This document shows positions 48,794-57,969 of a stretch of DNA of 64,000 nt, in pieces (within the stretch, counting starts at the first letter, position 1; the number at the start of each line of letters is the position of its first letter). The DNA is from Patescibacteria group bacterium (GTDB taxonomy: Bacteria > Patescibacteriota > Microgenomatia > UBA12405). The stretch lies in contig JBMNON010000001.1 in the NCBI GenBank assembly GCA_050943115.1, positions 50,023-114,022 of the forward strand, given 5' to 3'. Under the pieces are notes generated by a model. That model ran no database searches. It was not told where the DNA came from and was given only the letters and a program-made list of their open reading frames with translations. The position numbers and the translations under genes are program-made.

Positions 48794-50299
48794 TTAAGTT
48801 GTCAGTCCGTCTGTGGACAGCCACATCGATAACTTCCTAAAAATATTTCTGTCTGCCGCCGATGGTGTATGGGTGGTGTGAATAAAACAGTTTTTTAATT
48901 TTCCCAAGTAAGATAAAGCCTTTCTTGCCAGTGGATTATCCCTGGCCGATATCGCCCAGGCCATCATCATTTCCGAACAATCCAGCGAACAGGACTTGTC
49001 ACCCAACCTTTTATTAAGCAAATTTACTTCCTTGATAACCGAAGGCGATATCAATTCAAACTTATCATCTATCCCCGCCAATTCCTTGACGGCGTTTAAT
49101 ACCGCCGCTGCTTCGGCATGCAACAATGAAGAATTCTTTCCGCAAATCACGCTCCCGTCCGCAAGCTCAATTGCCGCCCCGCAATAAATTCCCATACTCC
49201 CCTTGTCTTTTCTCTTTTTTGCCTCCGCTCTGGCTGTCCTGGCCTTGCTAACCACTCTCAAATATTCCTCGTCTATTCCGACCTTGTCCAATAATTTTCC
49301 CATCCTCTCCAGGGTATCTTTATCCACCAACCCCTTTCTATACTCTTCGCGGTAACGAAACACATAAAAATTAATCTCCTTTTTTGCCGCTTCTTTCAAT
49401 ATTTCATCGTTGACAATCCCGCTTGATAATCTGTTAAACCCCATATCTGTCGGTGACCTATAACTCCTGGCAAAATTTCCCTTCTTCATCAACCTTTCAA
49501 AAATACTCTTCATAATCGGAAATGAATCCACATCCCGGTTGTAATTAACCGCTGAAACTCCATAAGATTTTTTATGGAAAGTATCGATCACATTGTAATC
49601 CCCCAAATCGGCGGTTGCTGCCTCATAAGCTATATTTACTGGGTGCTCTAAAGGTAAATCCCACACCGGGAAAGTCTCAAACTTGGCATAACCCGAATTC
49701 AATCCCATTTTTTCTTCATGATATATTTGCCCCAAACAAGTCGACAACTTTCCCGATCCTGGCCCTGCCCCCCAAACTACCACCAACTTATTCTTTGGTG
49801 CTAAATATTCGTCTGCCCCAAAACCCCTATCACTCAAAATTTCCCTGATCTTCTTGGGATAACCTCTGATCTCCCGCCTTTTGAACACTTTTATCCCCAT
49901 TTGCCCAAGTCTTCTTTCAAACACGTCTGCCTCCCGTTCCCCTTCGTATCTGTTTATTGCTACACCTTCAACCTCCAACCCCTCCTCCATTAGTCCACTT
50001 ATGGCTTTTATTGTCGCCTCATCGTAACCCAACCCCCAATCTCCTCTCAATTTACCATCAGCCAGCTGCTTGGCTGATATACAGTAAATTACCCCCATCG
50101 TCCTCTTTAGGCTTTTTAGAAGTGCCAATTTTGCATTCGGATCATAACCCAGCAAAGTTCTGGAAGCATGAAAATCATCCATTAGTTTCCCTCCAAACTC
50201 CAAATACAATCTTCCGCTAAACTTCTCCAGCCTCTTCTCGACGGCAATTTTTTGGGCTTTCAAGTAGGTTTCAGTATCAAAACCTACTTTTTTCATCAT
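48794..50299 (-). CDS. DUF1846 / UPF0371 protein
   Basis: LYLEFGGKL.DD.HASR, GPGSGKL.TCL, GYAKFETFPVW.LPL.HPVN.AYEAATADL. Confidence 0.92.
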   Translation of the reverse strand: MMKKVGFDTETYLKAQKIAVEKRLEKFSGRLYLEFGGKLMDDFHASRTLLGYDPNAKLALLKSLKRTMGVIYCISAKQLADGKLRGDWGLGYDEATIKAISGLMEEGLEVEGVAINRYEGEREADVFERRLGQMGIKVFKRREIRGYPKKIREILSDRGFGADEYLAPKNKLVVVWGAGPGSGKLSTCLGQIYHEEKMGLNSGYAKFETFPVWDLPLEHPVNIAYEAATADLGDYNVIDTFHKKSYGVSAVNYNRDVDSFPIMKSIFERLMKKGNFARSYRSPTDMGFNRLSSGIVNDEILKEAAKKEINFYVFRYREEYRKGLVDKDTLERMGKLLDKVGIDEEYLRVVSKARTARAEAKKRKDKGSMGIYCGAAIELADGSVICGKNSSLLHAEAAAVLNAVKELAGIDDKFELISPSVIKEVNLLNKRLGDKSCSLDCSEMMMAWAISARDNPLARKALSYLGKLKNCFIHTTHTPSAADRNIFRKLSMWLSTDGLTT

Positions 50300-50375
50300 T
50301 CCTCTATCCTACTAGCAAGCGATCACTTATTCAACCCCTATACATAAACCTCATTTTATTTATAATTTTTCTAAC

Positions 50376-50579
50376 ATGACCATATCGCTTCAAACCTCAC
50401 CCCGTCACAGATCGCCGGAAATAATTGATACCAAACTAGGCTATTGTAATATCACCCAAAGCTAGGTCCCTCTTATTAGAACATTTCACGGCTGGCGCTG
50501 CGACTGCCCTCTCCGACTTAATAACTGCAACGACGAAATCGACACTGTCGGTCAAATTCTTCGCCGCCAGTCAAAATAA
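50376..50579 (+). pseudogene. Small Cys-rich ORF with one in-frame TAG
   Basis: MTISLQ...YCNITQS*VPLIRTFHGWRCDCPLRLNNCNDE...; TAG at 50463-50465; TATAAT just upstream. Confidence 0.4.
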
Positions 50580-50584
50580 TTCCC

Positions 50585-51589
50585 TTATAAAAGCTCTCCC
50601 CGGCCTTCTTCTTTAAGTTTGTCAACCACTTGCCCTACTTTACCGCTGTCGCTCTTTTTCATTATCAGGAGGGCGTCTGGCGTGTCCACAATTACCAAAT
50701 CTTCCACGCCTATAGTAGCCACATAGCGGTCGCTCTTCCAGACAAAATTATTATTACTATCCAATTCAAAATCGGCTGGACGCTTGCCTAAATAGGCTGC
50801 CAGTGATTCCCATGTCCCAAAGTCCCTCCACACAAAAGGCAATTCAATCACCAAGCCTTCCTTCAATTCAAATTGGGTTACCTCTTCAATTGGACCTTTT
50901 GGCATTTTGGCGTATTCCTCAGCAATATTACCACCCTGAACAATATTCATTAAAGGTTCGTACCACTCCGGCTTGCGCTCCTTAAGACATTCTAACAAAC
51001 CTCTGGGGGTCCAGGCGTAGTGGTTAGTATGGATCAATGCCTTGCCATCCGCAAGATAACTTTCAATTACCTCTTTCTCACCCCGGCCCAACCACTCTTG
51101 CATCCGATGGCTCTCAGGATCGACAATCAGGTAGTCTACCCCCATCACGGCATAATCCGGTTTGAGACCAGCTGTCATCAGCCGCCCTTCGCTTTTTATT
51201 GTCCTGTCAAAAAGCTCGATCATTTCAATAAATTTCTCGGCAGGTTCTCTTAGTACATCGGCTTGAACCAGCATAAATGGCTCATCGGGAAATTTTTTAA
51301 AAAGCATCGCCGCCGCAAACCCTGTCGCCGGACCCTGATTTCTCATTTCCGGTTCGATAAAATAATTTTCTTGGGGTATCTCGGGTACTTGTTCCTGGGC
51401 AATTTTAGCTTGTTCTTCGTTAGTCTGTACAAATATTTCCTCTGCTCTAAACTTCAATCTTAAAGCTTCGTAATTCAACTGAAACAATGATTTATTACCC
51501 AATAATTTGGCAAAGTGCTTAGGACAGCTGCTTCGGCTGACTGGCCACATCTTCGAGCCAATTCCGCCGCATATGATTACTGGATTCAT
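50585..51589 (-). CDS. manC: Mannose-1-phosphate guanylyltransferase
   Basis: IICGGIGSKMWP.SR...PKHF, IEP..RN, WRDFGTW, GVEDLVIVDT.DALL. Confidence 0.88.
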   Translation of the reverse strand: MNPVIICGGIGSKMWPVSRSSCPKHFAKLLGNKSLFQLNYEALRLKFRAEEIFVQTNEEQAKIAQEQVPEIPQENYFIEPEMRNQGPATGFAAAMLFKKFPDEPFMLVQADVLREPAEKFIEMIELFDRTIKSEGRLMTAGLKPDYAVMGVDYLIVDPESHRMQEWLGRGEKEVIESYLADGKALIHTNHYAWTPRGLLECLKERKPEWYEPLMNIVQGGNIAEEYAKMPKGPIEEVTQFELKEGLVIELPFVWRDFGTWESLAAYLGKRPADFELDSNNNFVWKSDRYVATIGVEDLVIVDTPDALLIMKKSDSGKVGQVVDKLKEEGRGELL

Positions 51590-51704
51590 TATGTTTTCTC
51601 CAAATTTAATATTTAAATATCAAATAACTTATCAAATAAAGTCAATTAAGCATTAGTAGCTTATTATATATTACCAACTTTATTTTTTTCCAAAAAACAC
51701 CTTC

Positions 51705-54700
51705 TTAGTCTCCGTAATACCAGGAAACCGCTTCTTTGAGATCTTTTGACATACTGAAAATATAAGCAGGATTGTATGTCACCACTACCGCCGGACTGGT
51801 ATTGTTCGTTGAAGCATCGGTATAACTCCGGGTAAATTGAACTCCGTTTGCCAGAATTATTCCTGAAATTGTCAACCTGGAAGTGCTATCCCCACCAGCG
51901 CTAAAACTACCATTGCCCACATAGACCCCCTCCACCCTGCTGACACTCTCGTCAACAGTAATACTGCCCTTTACCACCACCATCAGGAACCTGTTGCCAA
52001 CCAAATCAATTGGCGTAGTGGTAATATTTAAGTTCCCATTGACAAAAACCATTTCCAACTCACTGTCAGCATTTACCAGGTTCATTATCTGGCTTGAAGT
52101 AGCATTTCCGTCAATCAACTCCCCTTCACCCATTCCCTGATAATACCTATTGAAGAAGAAATCATAACCATAAGAATCATCAACTATACTCGCCCCACTT
52201 CTATACCAGTTGTTTGGACTCCCGTAAGATCCGCTGGCCGGATTAAGTTGCCCTGCAATCACTAGACCGTTGTTACTGCTAGTTGTGCTTATATCCAATG
52301 CTGGTATACATGTAGATGAACTGGCACAAGTACTGGGCACTTCTCTTGTTATCGTATTTTCTCCGACAATTCCTCCCCCCTCAACTTGATACCATGGGTC
52401 TTGGTGTCTATAAGATGAAAAATCTACCATAATATTTGTATTTGCAGAATACGGATTAACCACTGATGAATTAATTATGAAATTCAAATTGCAGCCTATT
52501 ATTTCACCCACCCTTCCCAAATCATCCAGCCTGGCTTCCATTGGCTCCGACCCATCAGTAAAACCCGAAATTACCGCTTGATATTGCTTGCCCCAACGCA
52601 AATGGTTGCCGTTACTATTGGAATGGTATTGGGGATCAGTCGTGGGAACTACTGTCATTGCTTTGTCTTCGGTACCAATTCCGTCAAACAACAATGAATA
52701 ACTTGATCTTAACACGGTAGTATACAAACTCGGATCCGGACAAACACCACTAGTACCAGTCTTGTCATACATGGACCCGCTTACTTCGACATTACAATCC
52801 CAAATCTTTAAATTCCTGGTCGTGTCTGTATAAGAGCCATTATTACTCCATACCCCCATTGAATCCTGTACTCGTACTTCAATATCATATGTCCTTTCAG
52901 CCATAGTGCTTTCAAACCTGATCGGGAATATATATCTTCTGGTCGTTGAGTTAACGGTTTCTACTGTAGTTGCTGTAGACGTCAAAACTGTTCCGGGAGA
53001 ATTATTGTTAGAGGTACTGATACTTAACACTGAACCGCTGATCGATCCGTCCAAAGTTATCGTATTACTGCCATTAACCATTCTGACCACAACCCGGCTT
53101 ATAGTACTTGCCCCCTGGGCGTCGCTGGCTTCCACCACCAATCTCATCATCCTTTCGGTAGCTCCGCTGACAAACCTCTGGTCACAAACCTGATTATAAA
53201 GATTTCCGGTATGTTCTCCCGGCACGGTTACATCCGCCGGTGTCCTAATCGAAAATGTTCCGACTGTCGGCGCTGAATTCACCACACTAAACTTGCCATA
53301 ATCACTACTGCTGCAGCTCAACCAACCATCACAGTTATCCCTGGAAGCTGTTATGGCGCTGTCTGCAGATCCGATACCTGGCGGCGGCGGACAAAAAGGG
53401 TTTCCGGAACACTTAGAAGCATCCGGGCCTGGATTCGGAGGGCTACTGGGCAAATCACAATGAACAAAATATGTTCCCAAAGGTAAATTGGTAATCGTCC
53501 GGCTAAAAGTTGCAGGAACATTCGTCTGGCTATAAGTTGTAGTCCCAATTTGGTAATAATTATTACCGGTTGCATTTGTGTACATGGGGTAAGAAGATAA
53601 AGCTGTCCCGCTCACCACTCCGCCATCACTTTTTTCCAGAAACATCCTTACCGGCTCACCCAAAGAATTTCCCACACCCGATACAGTCAGGGTGACACTA
53701 CCTCCGGGATTCACGTCTGAAGAACTGACTGTCACACTACACCTCTTAGGAATATCAACTTGCTCATTAATAATGCTATAGTTCACACTCTGTGAACACT
53801 GACTTGAACAAATGCTCGGATAATCATCTCGGCAGTTTACCCACGATCTAGTCCAAGTGTAATTGCCGGGATAATAACCCCTATAAGCTGTCACATTGTC
53901 CGGTGCCCAAAAGCGGGTGGGGTCACAGTCTGTTCTGGGATTCATGGATCCGTCAGGATTCAGGCCGTGGTTAGCCAAACCACCATTGTTGGTAATACTG
54001 GGGTCCCCGTTCGGCCGGCAGTCATTGTTAATGTATTCATGTCCCTGGCAGCCCCCTAATACAAAATCTATAGTATCACCTACTCTAACCCTATTTGTTC
54101 CATCTGCCGGGTTTCTCACATTCATCCCCGTTACCTGGTATGAGTTACATGGCGCTGCGGTCCTGGGTACACTAGTTCCGGTATTATTCGACCAAATGGT
54201 GAAAGCCATGCCTCCCTGCCAATAAATCCCATTGTTATCATAACATCCACAGCTCCCGCCCGGGCAATCTTTCTCTTGAACATCCAATTGGCCCGTCCTG
54301 TCATTTGGCACCTCTACCCTTAGGTTGATTGTTTCCCCTGGCCGCAAGCAATACAAATACCTATCAGCCGAAATAGCAGGGTCATTTTCATTGGGGTTAC
54401 CATCAGAAGCCGCATCTACATTTCCATTACACTGATAACGCCAGTCATCTGGAGTCGGATTACTTAGATTATCGAAACTATGGTAACTGCATATGTTTTC
54501 AAGTGCCTCCAGAACTACAGTATAGTTCTTGTTGTTAGTAATCACCAAAGTGTCTTCATTTAATTTATTCCTCCCATAACAGCTCTGTCCTGGGCTGCAG
54601 CCCATACCACCTTCCGGATAACAAACCAAATTTTGTGCGACAACTATACTTGAAAAACCATACAACCAAGCTACACTCACTACCCCAAATATTAGCAATA

Positions 54701-54713
54701 GCTTCTTTGTCAT
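51705..54713 (-). CDS. Large secreted Cys-rich surface protein
   Basis: Signal peptide, many Cys pairs, Ig-like segments, beta-solenoid-like C-terminus (V.G.L.I, GSITVD..V..VEG.Y). Confidence 0.75.
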   Translation of the reverse strand: MTKKLLLIFGVVSVAWLYGFSSIVVAQNLVCYPEGGMGCSPGQSCYGRNKLNEDTLVITNNKNYTVVLEALENICSYHSFDNLSNPTPDDWRYQCNGNVDAASDGNPNENDPAISADRYLYCLRPGETINLRVEVPNDRTGQLDVQEKDCPGGSCGCYDNNGIYWQGGMAFTIWSNNTGTSVPRTAAPCNSYQVTGMNVRNPADGTNRVRVGDTIDFVLGGCQGHEYINNDCRPNGDPSITNNGGLANHGLNPDGSMNPRTDCDPTRFWAPDNVTAYRGYYPGNYTWTRSWVNCRDDYPSICSSQCSQSVNYSIINEQVDIPKRCSVTVSSSDVNPGGSVTLTVSGVGNSLGEPVRMFLEKSDGGVVSGTALSSYPMYTNATGNNYYQIGTTTYSQTNVPATFSRTITNLPLGTYFVHCDLPSSPPNPGPDASKCSGNPFCPPPPGIGSADSAITASRDNCDGWLSCSSSDYGKFSVVNSAPTVGTFSIRTPADVTVPGEHTGNLYNQVCDQRFVSGATERMMRLVVEASDAQGASTISRVVVRMVNGSNTITLDGSISGSVLSISTSNNNSPGTVLTSTATTVETVNSTTRRYIFPIRFESTMAERTYDIEVRVQDSMGVWSNNGSYTDTTRNLKIWDCNVEVSGSMYDKTGTSGVCPDPSLYTTVLRSSYSLLFDGIGTEDKAMTVVPTTDPQYHSNSNGNHLRWGKQYQAVISGFTDGSEPMEARLDDLGRVGEIIGCNLNFIINSSVVNPYSANTNIMVDFSSYRHQDPWYQVEGGGIVGENTITREVPSTCASSSTCIPALDISTTSSNNGLVIAGQLNPASGSYGSPNNWYRSGASIVDDSYGYDFFFNRYYQGMGEGELIDGNATSSQIMNLVNADSELEMVFVNGNLNITTTPIDLVGNRFLMVVVKGSITVDESVSRVEGVYVGNGSFSAGGDSTSRLTISGIILANGVQFTRSYTDASTNNTSPAVVVTYNPAYIFSMSKDLKEAVSWYYGD

Positions 54714-54731
54714 ATTTCTAATATCATCATA

Positions 54732-55166
54732 TCATTCAATAATTATCTTTTGGGCGGCAATTGCTTCATATATTTCGGTTTCTACTCTATCTTTCTTGAA
54801 ATAAAGCACCCTCACCTTTTTGCCAACAATCTCCCTCCTCCCCACTACCCTCACTCCATCCCAAACAGTGGAGCTCTCCCTTAAGCTCACCACGGCGTCG
54901 TCATTCAAACCAATATTTAAAAAATAAGCCTTGTCCTTTTCCAATTCCGAAGTAATCACCCCGCCAACCTCTTCCAGCTCTTCTTTTTTCTGTTTTCCTA
55001 CCAAATCCATTGCTATATCACTTACTATGGGAATCCTGTTAATAGCACTGCTTACCTTTCCACCCCTGTTCTCATATTCCTGTAACAGTAGTAAGTTTAC
55101 TAAAAGTAATAAATCCACCCAAACAATGGCCATCAACACCATCCACATAGTTCTCTTCTTTTTCAT
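54732..55166 (-). CDS. Membrane-anchored hypothetical protein
   Basis: N-terminal TM, small OB-like domain. Confidence 0.55.
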   Translation of the reverse strand: MKKKRTMWMVLMAIVWVDLLLLVNLLLLQEYENRGGKVSSAINRIPIVSDIAMDLVGKQKKEELEEVGGVITSELEKDKAYFLNIGLNDDAVVSLRESSTVWDGVRVVGRREIVGKKVRVLYFKKDRVETEIYEAIAAQKIIIE

Positions 55167-55221
55167 TTAATTAATGATAGTCAAAACCCTACTGCACGTC
55201 AAATTAAAAACATTCAAGTTT

Positions 55222-56184
55222 TTATTCATTCCTCACCACCAAAGGTATAAAAACCTTGTTTTTTAACTCTGGTGCCGGTGTGGGTGTTGCTGGCGGTTGC
55301 TGGTCAAAGTTAAGCTTGAGAGTGTCTATATAAGCATTCAAATTCGTATCTGGCATTTTCCCTACATCGTTAACATACTCATAGGGCATCATCGCTATAG
55401 ACACATCATAAAGTTGACTCCACCACAAATAAAATACCCCCATGCTACCATCCGGAGTTACCACATTATCATCATAGCCGATTAATGGTACTGCGTGACC
55501 GCTGGTAAACTCCTGTCCGTCAGACAATCTCTTGACAAAACCGCCATTATAAGTTTCTAGACTTCCTGGAAAAGTGGGAAATCCTAAGACTATTGGACCT
55601 GTCATCACTCTCTTCCTAACCTCCGCCACAGCATCCGTCTGCCTGATTTCTGTTGGGTTATACATTTTCAAATCAAAACTGCTAGGCCGATAGTTTAATG
55701 CATCTTGCTTTTGTTCATCGGTTGGTATTGAAGTCGGATCGCCTTGCTCAATAAAATTCGGAGCGATATGATTGCGGCAGATCCCATTTCTCACCAAAGC
55801 ATCTCCTGTTTGATACAAAGATAAAACAACTGATCTCCAGCTTCCCGTTAAGAAATTCGGGTTAAATACCTGGTCAGAATAGGGGTCGCTTGAAGCTTGG
55901 TTGCAAATCCCTTCTCTGAATCCACCATACAATCGATTCATTTCCATTCTCATTAATTCGGATGTAGCTAAAGAGGTACAGTTTGATGTTCCTTGAAATG
56001 ATGCCCGGTACGGAACATGTGTTTCCCAGCTCACTCTCTCTGGGAGTGTCTCTACCAAAGGTGCTGCTTCTACTTTACTTCCCCCGTAAAACCTCCTGCC
56101 AATCTCCTCGGCTACCAAACCCGCTCCCGTCAACCCGGCCAGCCTCAAAAATTCTCTTCTGTCAAATTTTCTCTCTTTTTTCAT
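55222..56184 (-). CDS. Twin-arginine papain-like (C1A) cysteine protease
   Basis: RREFLR; QG.SNCTSLA (Gln/Cys), GHAVPLIGYDD (His); C-terminal PTP linker plus KVFIPLVVRN. Confidence 0.78.
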   Translation of the reverse strand: MKKERKFDRREFLRLAGLTGAGLVAEEIGRRFYGGSKVEAAPLVETLPERVSWETHVPYRASFQGTSNCTSLATSELMRMEMNRLYGGFREGICNQASSDPYSDQVFNPNFLTGSWRSVVLSLYQTGDALVRNGICRNHIAPNFIEQGDPTSIPTDEQKQDALNYRPSSFDLKMYNPTEIRQTDAVAEVRKRVMTGPIVLGFPTFPGSLETYNGGFVKRLSDGQEFTSGHAVPLIGYDDNVVTPDGSMGVFYLWWSQLYDVSIAMMPYEYVNDVGKMPDTNLNAYIDTLKLNFDQQPPATPTPAPELKNKVFIPLVVRNE

Positions 56185-56316
56185 AAAAACAAAAAACCGG
56201 CCGCAAAACGGCCGGTCGGATTAACGATTATTTGTCAAAAAACTATAAATATAATGCAAGATTCCTGCAAATATTTGCATTTGCGCAATTATAATCCCCA
56301 AAGATCCCAAAGTCAA
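56185..56316 (-). promoter_or_regulatory. Promoter, boxA-like motif and terminator immediately before the ATG
   Basis: TTGACT, 17 bp, TATAAT (56293-56288); GTTTTTTGACAA 56243-56232; ACCGGCCG/CGGCCGGT hairpin plus U-tract abutting ATG. Confidence 0.65.
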
Positions 56317-56463
56317 TATATTATAGGATACATATCAAATACACACTACTTCCTCTCCGCGCCTACGCAACCATGACATACAAAAACAGACTATCAGACT
56401 ATAGGATAATACCTTAACTTAAGCAGAAATATAAAACACAATAAGTATCAAGATTACAGTAAT

Positions 56464-57477
56464 TTATATAACACTTACCTTGCAAAAATCTACGATACTA
56501 CCAACAGTCGTCTCCACGATACGGCCTATCGCCTCCCTGGTATTAAAGGCATTATGGGGTGTCAACACCACGTCATCCCGGTCCCGCAATAAATGATAGC
56601 TGACCATTTCCCTCAAATCATCCTTCGTCACACCATTAGCCAACACTCCCTCTCCGTTATCAATCAAAAGTCCTTCTTCCTCAACTACATCCAAACCGGC
56701 TCCGGCCAAAATACCTTTATTAAGCGCCCACACTATCGCCTCCGCCTCCACCACAGTCCCCCGCGAAGTGTTAATCAGGATACATCCCCGTTTCATCAGT
56801 TTTATGTTCTCTTTGTTTATCAAATGGAATGTTTCCGGAATACTGGGCACATGCAAACTGACAAAATCCGATTCTTTCAAACACTTTTCCAAATCGGCAT
56901 ATTTAAAACCCATTTTTTTCTCGAGTCCGGGTACTCTGTGTCCATCGACCCCCAAAACTTTCATTCTAAAGCCTCTGGCGAAACGAATCATATTTTGTCC
57001 TATCTTTCCAACACCAATTACACCCATAGTTTTTCCGGCCAAATCCACACCCGTCAAACCTTCCGGACTAAAGTAATTCTCTTCCACAGCCTGGTGCCCG
57101 CAGACAATTTTCTTGGCAACGGCCAAAAGCAACGCCATTGCGTATTCAGCCACCGTCTCCGACCCGTATACCGGCACGTTTTCCACCTTAATTCCCCTAC
57201 TCTTAGCTTCCTCCACATCTATATGGTCAATCCCCGTCGATCTGGAAGCAATCATTTTTAGCTTCGGCAATTTTTCCAAAACCTTCTTGTCCATTTTGGA
57301 ATATATAAAAGTTGAAATTACATCATATTCTTTGGCAATTTCCAAATCTTCATGAACTTCTTTTTCAAATATCCCAATCCCGAAACTATCAATCCGCGAA
57401 ATCTCTTTTTCGATAATCTCCCTTTCCCACGGCTTAACTCCAAAAAAGGCAATCTTAAAATTTTCTCTGTTATTCAT
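56464..57477 (-). CDS. D-isomer 2-hydroxyacid (D-lactate-like) dehydrogenase
   Basis: RSTG.DHID, NVP.YG..VAE, GVGKIG, INTSRG, GLDV.E.E, TPHNAF. Confidence 0.92.
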   Translation of the reverse strand: MNNRENFKIAFFGVKPWEREIIEKEISRIDSFGIGIFEKEVHEDLEIAKEYDVISTFIYSKMDKKVLEKLPKLKMIASRSTGIDHIDVEEAKSRGIKVENVPVYGSETVAEYAMALLLAVAKKIVCGHQAVEENYFSPEGLTGVDLAGKTMGVIGVGKIGQNMIRFARGFRMKVLGVDGHRVPGLEKKMGFKYADLEKCLKESDFVSLHVPSIPETFHLINKENIKLMKRGCILINTSRGTVVEAEAIVWALNKGILAGAGLDVVEEEGLLIDNGEGVLANGVTKDDLREMVSYHLLRDRDDVVLTPHNAFNTREAIGRIVETTVGSIVDFCKVSVI

Positions 57478-57523
57478 ACCAAAATTTTACACTAAATCTA
57501 AACTTTTCCCATACCTGCCAACT

Positions 57524-57539
57524 ACACTATATCTGGTGT
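57524..57539. promoter_or_regulatory. NrdR-box-like palindrome
   Basis: ACACTATATCTGGTGT. Confidence 0.6.
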
Positions 57540-57633
57540 CAATAATTATCTATTTACCTTGTTGACACACAAATATCCAATATGTTTTACTGATTACAGT
57601 TATACATTATTTTGATACAACAGGAATCAGTAT

Positions 57634-57891
57634 ATGGATGAACAAACTCAAACACAAGATAAACTTGTGAATCAAAACTCCACCCCCAAAAAGGTCAATG
57701 GCGTTTCTATCGACAATCTTCCCGACCTTCTTACAGTCGCAGAAGTTGCCGATCTTCTCAGGGTTAGTAAATTAACAATCAAAAGGTGGGGTAAAAGAGG
57801 CAAACTTCCTGCTATCCGTATCAATGCTCGCGGTGACCGCCGCTACCGAAAAGAAGCTGTTCTTTGGCTTTTAGGTATCCAAAGCGAATAA
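57634..57891 (+). CDS. BldC/Xis-like MerR-type HTH (HTH_17) protein
   Basis: LLTVAEVA.LLRVS..TIKRW...GKLPAIR....DRRY. Confidence 0.85.
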   Translation: MDEQTQTQDKLVNQNSTPKKVNGVSIDNLPDLLTVAEVADLLRVSKLTIKRWGKRGKLPAIRINARGDRRYRKEAVLWLLGIQSE

Positions 57892-57969
57892 ATCATTCGT
57901 CCCAATGTCACTGGGACCCCAAAAAATGCCACTAAGGTGTTTTGGCTTCGCCAGGACACCTTTTTTGGT

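Noticed and set aside
56593-57261. Long antisense ORFs (e.g. 222 aa opposite the dehydrogenase, 170 aa opposite glyA)
   Set aside because: Shadows of well-supported genes, with no motifs
57634-57891. Prophage or ICE suggested by the excisionase-like HTH
   Set aside because: No integrase, att repeats or phage genes; flanked by housekeeping genes
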